A stretch of 55,598 nucleotides of DNA, the filler included, from Sphacelaria rigidula (lineage: Eukaryota), in NCBI GenBank assembly GCA_964200075.2. It is 5 parts of 5 records of this genome, joined end to end, with 100 filler letters (N's around TTAATTAATTAA, not from the genome) between each part and the next. Parts side by side here need not be neighbours in the genome. Positions count along the whole stretch, not along the records: positions 33,422 to 44,460 come from CAXNAA020005493.1; positions 44,561 to 55,598 come from CAXNAA020005494.1; 3 more parts are not named here. The stretch is one strand, 5' to 3'. The notes under the pieces were generated by a model. That model saw nothing but the letters and a program-made list of their open reading frames with translations, was not told the DNA's origin and did not search any database. Position numbers and translations under genes: made by a program. The first letter of the stretch is position 1, and every line of letters begins with the position of its first letter. This document shows, one piece after another, positions 36,501 through 46,960 of this stretch.

Positions 36501-36889
36501 ATCATGAATACCATATGTCGATCACACAGGTCGAATTCTCCGGTCGACGCAGAACATTGAACGTCATGTTGACCGCTCAACTCCCTTGCCCCCCCACCTC
36601 CCTGCCTCCCTCGAACATTCTCCTTGCCCCCCCTTAACATCAGGCGATCAACTTGGACATTGCACTTATCTTGCCCGGAATCGTGGGAGCCTTGGCCTCC
36701 GCTTCCCTGGGCAATGATGCGTACAAATTGGCACCGCTGACTAACGCCGGATCGGACGTGGTATTTGTGGCTCTCTTGGCGGCCGTAGCGTACTCCGTGG
36801 GGTCCTCCGCGTTTGGCGAGTTCCCGAACAAGCTACCATTCTTCGGGCGGATCAACCGCGAAAACCCGGAGCAGGAGGAAGAGTTGTGA
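33587..36889 (+). CDS. TIC20: Plastid-targeted EF-hand / Tic20-family fusion protein (2 exons, 424 aa)
   Basis: Exon 1 33587-34615 and exon 2 36644-36889 (CAG|GTGAG ... CAG|GCG, phase 0). Signal peptide ending THA-FVAP (ASAFAP type) plus a Ser/Thr/Arg-rich transit peptide. EF loops DSNNDGTVDVRE and DQNSDGVLQQSE. Tic20 domain DRALSALAYLLPLVDG...PF...FF.L...NNPQINKLVRFNMRQAINLDIALILP...YSV.S...GEFPNKLPFFG. Confidence 0.9.
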
Positions 36890-37519
36890 ATTTAACCATG
36901 GTATCGATGTAACGTTCTGTTGGCGAGAGTCGGTCCCAGATTCTCTCGTGTGTTTTTCGTGAATTTTGTGCTGACTGTAAAAAATAGTCGGTGGCGCGGC
37001 GCAAATTTATCGTGTTCTGTGGTTGTGGTTGCGTATATGAAGGCGAATATTGTGTAAATGACATTTTTTGTTGCTGTCGGGTGTGATTTGGACGTCAGTG
37101 ATGGGTATAGGTGTGGAGGTTGTGTTTTTGCTGTTGAGCATTACTTGATACACGATAGAATCTGCGGGAGCCGGTATTCAGTCGGTTCCTTCTCTACACA
37201 GTACATCCTTCCACGCGGAAGGTGTGTTGTCTGAAGATGCTACAGTACTTCGCAAAACAGCTGCCCGTGCATCACGATTTCAAACTGTGTATTTTTGTCG
37301 TCCTTGGTGGGATAGTTGTGACGGTACAGATATCACTGCGTTCTTGTTCTGTAAATATACGCCCCTCAAAGCTGAGGAGCGACCGAGCTTCGAATCGTTT
37401 CAAATGTTTTCGTGGATCGAAGCTTGCGACGTGCGACAATTTTCCTGTCGCTGTCTTGACTGCCGTTGACGTCCACTGCGTGGGAATGGACAAGTGTGGT
37501 AAAACATCTTTGTAATCTT

Positions 37520-37810
37520 GAATTTATTTGTCTCAACCTGAACGTCTCCCCTTCCTCGAGACGAGTAAGTCGTCACAAGGGACTAACCCGTCTCTCCCCG
37601 GTACACGCCTTGCCTTTTGGTCTGGCGGATTGCGATAGCACTGCTGCACCGGGTCAACTCACGTCAAACTAGCGTAGCCACCTGCTTCATTCATTACTCC
37701 CGTACTCACGGTTTGCACGGTGAAAATTATATATTTCGAAGAAGGAGCCGAACGCAATCGGGAATCGAACGCACTCTTTCTCTACCCTAACGGAGAAATC
37801 GATCAGATGA
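37520..37810 (-). mobile_element. tRNA-derived SINE, family A copy 2 (diverged)
   Basis: Colinear with 18262-18570: ctccccttcctcg..caaggga..aacccgt..gtacac(g)ccttgc.ttttgg..gcggattg..cacggtg.aaat..cgaacgca(a)tcgggaatcgaac..accctaa. Confidence 0.7.
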
Positions 37811-38828
37811 AGTCGTGCTGTGGTCCAGCCGCATGCGTGTTCGTATGTCAGCCCCGTCGGTGACTGGCGAGGCAAAATGCTCGTGCTCGACGTGCGATGT
37901 TGCCTGGGGCAGCGGGCCTCGATAGCGATAGTAAATTCATCTTGCATGCCATTTTGGGACGCGCAACGGTCTATCGCACAGTACTCTGAATACATGGTCG
38001 GTTCACGTTCGTCTCTGCGGAATGTGGATGTTCCTTTAACGACAAGACTCTTCGCGAAAGTCATGAAGACACGTTTTTTTCGATTTGTCGGGAGCGTGCG
38101 CTGGAGCGTATAGCAATTCTCAGCTGGATTAGAGATGACTAACATATCTCGTGGTGCGTGATTTTCGAAAATATTTTTCGCGTGCCAGCGGTTGTCCAAG
38201 TGAACGTATTATTCCGAAGCGTAGACGTCAGGGAATACTAGGCGTGAGCATCCCATTTTGAAAGAAAATGGCGTGTGCATTCGAAATCGAAGAACACACA
38301 GGCTGACCGTTTCTAGGAGATTTTTGGACTCCCCAGCCGCAGGTTCCAACACCCGAGTGTTTGCTCGAATGGGACAACCCCCTTTACTTGTGAACAAATG
38401 AGGCGGATGTTTTTTTTACACTAGTCTACTCGTTGTGTGAGAGCCGAAAAGTCGTGTTTTGGATCACTGACGGTTGTCAACGCCCCCTGATGAACGAGGT
38501 GCTTACTCAGTAAAACCCCGACAACACCAATTAAGAACCACGTCTCGAGCACGACCTTCCTGTCTCCTAAACATCTATCAACGTTGAGACTTTTCAGGGC
38601 CGAGTGACGGAAAATGCTGCTCGAGTAAAGTCAGAAAAGTACCCAAGAACGAAAATGGTCCAACTGAGCTCTGCGTAGCACAGGGGGGGTGACACAATCC
38701 TGATCCATCTCACAATTTTTTTTCACACATGTTGATTATTCATATTTTCCTGTTTATTGAGCTATAGCGGAAAATATTTTACACCTCATCATATATGGTA
38801 AATATGCAACAGACGAAAAGTGTACTGC

Positions 38829-38900
<72 letters not shown>

Positions 38901-38975
38901 TAATAAATAATAATAATAAAATAATAAAATAATAAAATAATAATAATAATAATAACAAAAAAAACAATAATAATT
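38829..38975. repeat. (TAA)n microsatellite
   Basis: Long aataataat run. Confidence 0.95.
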
Positions 38976-39289
38976 CTTCATCGTGTGGAATATTTGTATT
39001 TTGGACGAAACTACGGTCGAAAACACGCCTGTCAATTGAGCCCGCAAGCCGTTCAAACGTAAGCGCAGATGTTAGATGTGTTTCGGATTGTCGACTGGAT
39101 GGCTGGTATCTCCCAATCTCCAAACTGCGGGATCAAGCGTTCACTGGGACAAGCGGTGACACGCGACACAACTATACGAACTGGCTCATGCTTTTTGCCC
39201 AAATTTGTGTCATCGGCAAATAACACGGGATTTTACAAATCTAGGATGAAAACGTGGAGAATAGTAATTTTATTTTGATTAATAATTCA

Positions 39290-39660
39290 TGGACCAGAAA
39301 TTAGAAGGAGAACGTTGATAATGCGACGGGAGAGAAGAAGTTGAATGGGCTCCATGCGATCTATGATACTGAGGTGTAATATATGTGTATCTGCAGGAGT
39401 CATGGGAACATTAGTATAGAGTTTCTTTGTGAAACTCGACATCCTGATGTAGAGTTCCTCGTTCTTTTGACAAACTGTCACTCCATAGTGCCTTGGCGCT
39501 TTCCCCCTTCCTGGGCTCTGTTGAACATTTTGGCTGGACCAAATTGATGTTGAATATACCAGTATCATGAAGGAGATCCAACGGCACCTGAACCGACGAA
39601 GCTCTGAATGCGACCAGGGATAACTTCCATACCTGAACAGATGGCGCAAAAATGCACAAG
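39290..39660 (-). mobile_element. Possible PIF/Harbinger-type transposase remnant
   Basis: ELRRFRCRWISFMILVYSTSIWSSQ....PGRGKAP resembles the N-terminal FRRRFR.P...F..LV....W.......GR...P pattern of Plant_tran/Harbinger transposases. No DDE core was seen. Confidence 0.4.
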
Positions 39661-41788
39661 CTCAGACAAGGCGACGGTTCGCCGCTGTCTGCGGAGGTAC
39701 GTGCCTCCATACTACACGATTGGGACAAATGTGGACAGGGCGAACATGTAAACCAATGTTCTGTTCAGGTTCGAAGCTGCTACGTAACGGTGGGTAATAT
39801 CTTCGCTGGCTGTGCACTGTGTAACACTGCCCTCCCACAGCTTTTGCGCCTCGGCCAAACTGCTTGCGGCGGAGGCGATGAAACAAGCTGTGCCACGTAG
39901 GGTAAGGGCGGTGTCGCCAAACGTAATGTGGCGGCCGTTACACCTCCGACCGTGCTCATCTACGCGGTCTGGCAATTCTAGTGAGCGAGGCGGGGAGCTC
40001 CTATGAGGATAATCCCCACGTTCCGTTCCCTCTTCGACTCGTACGCCGAAATATCAGCGTTCAAATTTTCGGGGTATATTATTGACCCGAAAAACTGTCC
40101 AAATTCCTTGTTTTGATTTGCAAGTTTTTTCAACTACACGCAGTTCCTGTTGTGATCTTCACACATACGTGAGTAGCACACGTCACCCACAAAAGCAGCA
40201 ACAGCATTGTGCCTTGATCATATGCCTCACGGTCGATCGGAGAATGATCGTCACCCAGTCACCAAGCGGGGACAACAACAACCATGCCAGGAATTCGATC
40301 AACGGTGGCTTCACAAAAGGGAAGTCGACCACGACTTTTGGGCAACCACATGACCGCGCAGAACAAATCATTCGACATTGACGGAACTCGGAGAAAGTAT
40401 AAAACACGCACGTTCAACCTACTGACAATACACGGGGTTCAGCTGACCGCGCAGAATGCACAATTGAAGCCCCCACTTTGTGGATATCTGCGTAGCACAG
40501 AGGTTCTACGCGCTCTTCCTCGAATTGCATCACACACGCACACACAAATATCGAACCACACAACCACCAGCTCACCGAATACGAGATAAAAACACAGCAC
40601 ATGGCTCGGTTTTTGGAAGACAAGCAGGTTATGTCATGCCAAGGCAGTTCAAAATGGAAACCAGGCAATGGATCTCAAAGATCACCTCCTGTCCCGCTCA
40701 CACCCAGAAATCAAAATTTTCGACGAAGAACTATCTTCATTAACCCTACCCATTTGAACTCACAACGTCAATACCCTTTTACGTTGGAGGGAACGCAACA
40801 AGGGCACCTGTTGCATGCGTGCCTGTCTTCAATGTACTCCACGTATACTCCTGTCGCTCCCAGAATTACATCCGCCCACTCTGAGTAGTGCCACATTCCA
40901 CGCGGCACACCTGTGTCGGTATTTTAAATCTACCCGACCCTATCGTCGTGTCGCTCCCAGAAGTGAACATCCGCTCACTCCGAGCAATGAAAAGATGACG
41001 TGTACATACGCACCCGTCAGGTTTGTACTACCGCCCCTTCAACAGATGGATAATAAACGCTTGGTTGGAGTACTCCACGAGTTTATGTGGCACATTCGTA
41101 CCAGTTTCAACCTATCCGACCTTCCTGTCGCACATGAACAACCGCCCTCTTCGACGAGTACGAAATTCAGTTGAGTATGTGCGCCCTCGCCTCAACCCAC
41201 TCAATAACTCCTGTTGCTTCCGCAAGTGAAAACCAACCACTTACATCATACAGTGTCAATTACCCACGTCTACCTACTCGTTCACACTCACACTTTTATT
41301 TATACAGGCACTTGAGGTGCGGTCACGCTCAAACTCCATCCACTCAGGTGATGAGAAAGTTTCGCTCTTCATCGTACCTAGGTTGACCCATGATATCATC
41401 CCTGACTCACCACAAGCACCCCACTGTTTACGGAAACGCACTACAGCAAACTACACCCAACGCTCTCATCACCCACATATGTTGTGAGCGTTTCTTCTTG
41501 TCCATTGCTTCTCGATAGCTGAATCAATGCCGATTGTTTTCCGCCATCCTTGCGATTCTGCGCTCTTTACTCGGGACCCCACAGGCCATCTGCGAACATT
41601 ACGAAACACACGTGGCACAGGGCGGTGCAGGTCCGACGTCATCGATAAAACGAAATCTCTCGGGTGGAGTGTTGTGTGTGCACTCAATTCCTCAACTTCC
41701 CGCCCTTTCCTACGACGAATCCGTTCAGTCTCTGGGTATCGACTCATCTCTTTGATATGTCAGATGAGAAAAACAGTAAAGAATTTAC

Positions 41789-43446
41789 TCAGCAAGTCTC
41801 ACATTCAAGCTGGCGACAGCAAGTCGGTGTGTCGCAGAAGTCTTCCGAGCTCGAGGGGCTGGTGCTCGAGGTTACGGCGAAGTTGTTGATCTTCAAAGAG
41901 CTCTTAGCGACGGCGGATCTTAGCGTGCGGCGCCGGCCGCCGGTGCTGATGGCGGTCGTGTCGAGCTTCAAGCTGTCCAAATCGTCAAACCAAAAGCCGT
42001 ACGAAGGGGCTGCATCGAAGTCATCGTCAAAGGAGAAGTCGTAAGATGGAGCTCCATCGAAGTCATCGTCACCGAACGAGAGGTTATAAGAAGGCGCTTC
42101 GTCGCCGAAGCTGTACGAGGGGGCTCCATCAAAGGAATCATCGTCAAAGGAGAAGTCATAAGAGGGCGCTCCATCGCCCAAGCTGTAGGAGAAGATGCCA
42201 TAGTCTTCATCAGAGCCGTGCTTGCACTTCTTCGACGCGGCGTTGTCTATGGTGGTGAAGCCCGTGGGACATTCGTAGGACAGACAGCTGTCGTCGTGCG
42301 TTTGGGGCTCCTCTGTTGAGTGGGTTCCTATCGAAAAGGCAGGATAGGCGAGGAGGGGCAATGGGGAGGGGGATTGAACGCCGTCATGGCGTGCCAAAAA
42401 CTCATCACGTTAACTTCCATGACTAGACTTTTCGAAGACCGGTATTTTTCGTGCGGGGGCGCGTAAAAATATGGGTACAGCGTGTTCAACGCGTGCTGTT
42501 CACAAAACTTTCATATCAAAATGGGAAACAATATTTTTCCAAAATCTTCCCACTCACCACCATCGCAGCACTGTTCCTGGGTGCAGACGCCGTTTTGGCA
42601 CATGATCATGTCGGCGAAGGGAATGGGAGGGGCGGCGATGCACGCGAAGCTGGAGCAAAGCAACATACAGCACTGCTCCACCTCGCACTCGCCGCCTGAA
42701 CACTCCACGTTCCTCGCGTCGGCGATCGGCACGTACTTATTGGGGCAGCCGATGGAATCGCAGTATCGTGTAGGTGTTTGCTGTGGGGCCTGAGAGGGTA
42801 TTGCGGGGGTCGCAGCAACGTAGAAAGAAGGCGAGACTGTCGTTAACGAAGCGATACAAATGATTCGCTATATGTACTATAATCGATATATTTCGGGCAG
42901 CACTTTATGCAACAAATCTGGATACTGCGTCCCAGTTTTCAAGAGGTGTGCTTCGAAATTTCGTTGAGTGGGTTTCTATCGAAAAAGAAAAAAAATCATC
43001 GTTTTTCGTCATAATTTCCCCGACTACGGGGGGGAAGGGGGGGGGGGGATGATGAATGGCTCCACCTCCAACACGCACGCTACCACTTTTGGCGGCAAGA
43101 CGGCTAGAACACCCCCCCACGTCCTTTATCCCACACCGGTAGAGTGAGTGGGAGGACCGAAGCGAACAAGGAGCCGCTAGTCAGTACCTGGAGGGGTTGG
43201 CCATTTCGCCGACGGCATTATCCGATTGGAGCAGGTCTTGCGGGGAAACTGCGTCAATATGACACGCACCGACTCGATCGGGCGAGACATTCTGGGGTGG
43301 GCGAGATCGTGGGCAGTCAATCGGTAGCTCTATTACTGAATGTTCAGGGGGAAGGCCGACACGAAAACCCTTGCTCACCTCCGTCTCTGCGACCCTACGG
43401 TTGAACTGCGCACCGCGAAGTCCCGTCCACGTGCTGTGTGTGGCTC
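41789..43446 (-). CDS. Secreted-type cysteine-rich repeat protein (5' partial)
   Basis: Exons 43446-43379 (GATHSTWTGLRGAQFNRRVAETE), 42789-42558 (APQQTPTRYCDSIGCPNKYVPIADARNVECSGGECEVEQCCMLLCSSFAC...MCQNGVCTQEQCCDG) and 42327-41789 (GTHSTEEPQTHDDSCLSYECPTGFTTIDNAASKKC...FCDTPTCCRQLECETC*). Phases 0 and 1 match. Repeat module C-x3-4-C-P-x~13-C-x4-C-x4-CC. A possible signal-peptide exon ends at 44164 (ISEVLLLFSVG|GTGAG). Confidence 0.75.
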
Positions 43447-44460
43447 CTGCGAAACACAATATGCGGAAGGCAGAAAGTGAACAGCGACGGAAGAAGAGTG
43501 CATATTACAGGGTAGGTTTTATTTATATTTAATTAGGACTTGCGCGTGGGACAGCTTTAGCAGATATCGGCGCGGCCAGACTGCAGGTTCGGTAAACTCG
43601 ACTCGAATTCATGAGGTGTCCCTACCCTCATGGCAGCAAATGAACTGGTACATGCAGTCACTGTTGTACCACAGGTTACCCACTCCACACTTTCATCCGA
43701 AGATTGCGAGGGCAGAATCCTTCACCTGGTCAGGCAATTGAACAAGTCGACCGGCGAAAGACTTGTCGGGAAATCTAGCGTCCATACGTTCCTCGACAGT
43801 TTGTTCTAGGACTAAGAGTGTCAGAAAAACACCGACTTTTCTGTAAGAATGAAACGTCGAACATCAAATCCCGTCAAAGGCTGAAGCCGAATTCTTCACT
43901 TTTGCGCCGCACATGTAGAGCCAAGGACGGTGCATGTATGCATTTGACTCGATCTTCACCGCTTTTGTGCTCTTATGGACTACAGAAGTGGAGAAAATTC
44001 TAGGGTTGGGGATGATGCATAAACAATATATCGCTCGATACGATAAATTATGTATCGTCTCTCGACGGGGGCGATATATCGCAGGTAGACGAAGATACTG
44101 TACATGCCGTATACAGGGCAATAATTGAAGTTCAGAAGAGTGACACGAGTGACCATCCCTCACCGCCGACCGAGAAAAGCAGCAGAACCTCCGAGATCTG
44201 TCCTGCAGGATGTCTTTTTCGGATTTGTCGAGGTGTCGTACTCGGCCGGATTTCGAGTAATGCTGACTACAATTGTTCTGTGTGAGTACAGCTTCAGCAA
44301 TCGATGCGTTGGTCGTGCGTGGTGTCCGATTTGCAAGTGCTGGTCAAAGTCGGGAGGTGAGTCATGCTACGGTAGGGGTGCAGAAATAATTTCCGAGATT
44401 AGAATTATTAGAAGCCCCTTATCTCATCCAAAACACGACTTATAAAAATATGCGAGAGTA

Positions 44461-44560
44461 NNNNNNNNNNNNNNNNNNNNNNNNNNNNNNNNNNNNNNNN
44501 NNNNTTAATTAATTAANNNNNNNNNNNNNNNNNNNNNNNNNNNNNNNNNNNNNNNNNNNN
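44461..44560. other. Artificial contig linker
   Basis: Same spacer. Confidence 0.97.
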
Positions 44561-44737
44561 CCATCGCTGAAAGTGTGGGGAAAGCACTATTTTAGTCTTG
44601 AACCTCATTTCGGAGTTAAACCTTAATTCGCACAATTTGTTGTTACTTACTGTCCAGTGCGACAGCAGTCGGTCTGTCCCAGAAGACAGCGCCACATAAG
44701 ACGAGCCTTCCCAACACAACGTACGAGTGTCGCCGGT

Positions 44738-44975
44738 CGTGTGTTCGTCGACGATATACGGCGTTGTTTTCCGTTGCTGTGGGTGGAAGATGTCAATGCG
44801 TGTCTCCGTATGTGTTCATCAACGGTGGATGGTGGTCGTTATCCGTTGCTGTGGGTGAAAACGCGTCAACATGTCTCCGTGTGTGTTCCATCGACGCTGG
44901 AGGGTGTTATCCGTTGCTACAGATGGAAAACGTTGATTCGTGTCTCCATGTCTGTTCATCGACGCTGGTGGTTCT
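44738..44975. repeat. About 70-bp tandem repeat, ~3.3 copies
   Basis: gtgttc(a)tcgacg....gtt.tccgttgctgtgggtggaa....gtgtctccgt recurs three times. Confidence 0.8.
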
Positions 44976-45404
44976 TTCTTCACCCGTTCAGGTAGGTGAA
45001 GTTATCAGACATCAATAAAACTTTCCTCCATGCCTTATTCCTGGGACATACGCCACGCTACGTAAACGACAGAAGCAGTACACTTGGGAACTATGATCTG
45101 TGTCGTTACGCAGCGCGCGCAACGATGGCCTGTTCTCATGTATTTCGGCTGTGGATTTCATTGAGCGTGGCAGCAAAAGCCCGATCTCTCGAAACTGTAG
45201 TCACAGACGCAGGCTCGCCTTCACACTACCGTCACTACAATCCTGCCAATGAATGACACGGAAGCGCTCATTGAGCGGCGTAATCTGTGACGCCAAAACA
45301 TAGGCAAGACAAGAAATAGAACAACGGTGAAGGGGACACGTAAAGAAAACAAAAGAGGAGAAGCCCCCACCCAAGTTCGTCGAGATGTCGTGAAATAAAT
45401 AGAT

Positions 45405-45660
45405 TTGACCTGCCAAGTGGGCTTTGCAAACATCGTAAATGGCTACCCTAAGGCGTTTCAACAGCATGATATCAACGCAGCAAACACCCGCAACGCCAAC
45501 GGATACGCCGTCAACACGCGCCAGGAAGGAGCCATGGCCCTCAACGATGACCTCTATTCTCCAGTCGATGCATGCCGCCAGCGTATCGCCCATGAGATAC
45601 ATGCGGCCAACACCTCACGACTGCCGGCGAGGGTGGACGAGCTAGAAATCGATATATTTG
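45405..45660 (+). mobile_element. Possible Helitron Rep/Hel remnant with an internal deletion
   Basis: C..GYPKAFQ...NGYAV.TR resembles Helitron C.K.YPK.F...GY..YRR. LYSPVDACRQRIAHEIH...SRLPARVD resembles RYVS..EACWRIF...IH...V.RLPVH. Confidence 0.45.
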
Positions 45661-46270
45661 ACTTCGCTACTGTACATCTGATGGGGCGTTCGACGAGTGG
45701 TGGGGCGTCATTCTACTCAGTTTGGTCCTTGGTTCTTGGATAGGTTCTCTATTTATGAAGCACTTCCGGATTGGCGCCAACACGGCTAGACTTTCCGTTT
45801 ACGTAGTGGTCGCGGTTAAGTGTGGGGTTGGAAGCCCTCCTTTGCTCATACGCATGAATTATGGCTAACGTCGGGATCGTTTTTTGTACTTGGCCATTTT
45901 GCTCAATCCTTTCACGCATGCGAGACCCATGACGTTGATACGTGCGGCACTGCTGCCACGCGCGTCACCAGTGGCTCACCACTAGTTATGGTCATTAAAA
46001 TTATTACTATTAGTTCCGTCACATTAACTCGATATCTCGAATCCGCGCCCGTAAATCGATTAGCCAGCAGACGAAGGCGAAAGCCAAAGCGTTTACTCGA
46101 CAAAAAGGCACCTATACTACGAAAGATCCGTGAGAGACCGATTGAACAACAGGATAACTACCGAAAGCAAAAACGTCTCGTCGTGCGACCTCTCCGATTA
46201 CCTTGCCACGTACTGATGTCTACACAGTATAGTAACAGCAAGTAAGCCGGTACACGAAATGTCATAAAAT

Positions 46271-46478
46271 AACAAACGATCCCAAAATGAATATACTATC
46301 TAGCTATACAAAAACTTTACGTCCAATGAACCGTTGACATCTTGGTCTCATCATGCCAAGCTCTTGTTTCACAGAACAAGAAACGATCCCAACATGGATA
46401 TAGTATCTAGCTATACAAGAACCTTTCGTCGAATAAATCCTTGACACATTGGACTCGTCATACCAAGCTATTTATTTT
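46271..46478. repeat. About 107-bp direct tandem duplication
   Basis: aaacgatcccaa.atg.atata.tatctagctatacaa.aac...ttgaca..ttgg.ctc.tcat.ccaagct occurs twice. Confidence 0.85.
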
Positions 46479-46960
46479 GGCATTATCGTGAGTTGTTGGA
46501 AACGACCCTTACATCACTTGAGCCATTCCTCTCGGCCTATTCGTTATTCCACCTTCTGTTCTGTCTCTTCGGTTAACATGATAATCGCTACTTTGTTACT
46601 TCTCAGCTCAACCGTACCTAACTGTCACGCTAAACTCGAGTAGATGTTTGGAACTGTATTTTTCGTGATTCTCAGCAAAAAACACTCTTCACTTCAAGGC
46701 ATAGTACAGGTGACGTGAGCACAAGCCTACTAGCAACCACACATATGGTAGGAAGCTCCATGTATGGCCCAGCGCTCAGAGACAGCCTTCTCCATGGATA
46801 CAGGAACGCTCAAGCAGGTTTTCGTATCTTGGCGAGCGAGGGACAAAAATGCACGCGAGACTGCCGTCTATTTTTGAGGTCACAGAATTCGAGACATATA
46901 ACCGCCACAGTGTCAGATGATGAAAAAGAAATACAATAGTGCACAAGCTCTCAAGATACT

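Noticed and set aside
38754-39123. Poly-Ile/Tyr ORFs; likewise the poly-Leu ORF at 17746-18084
   Set aside because: Microsatellite translations.
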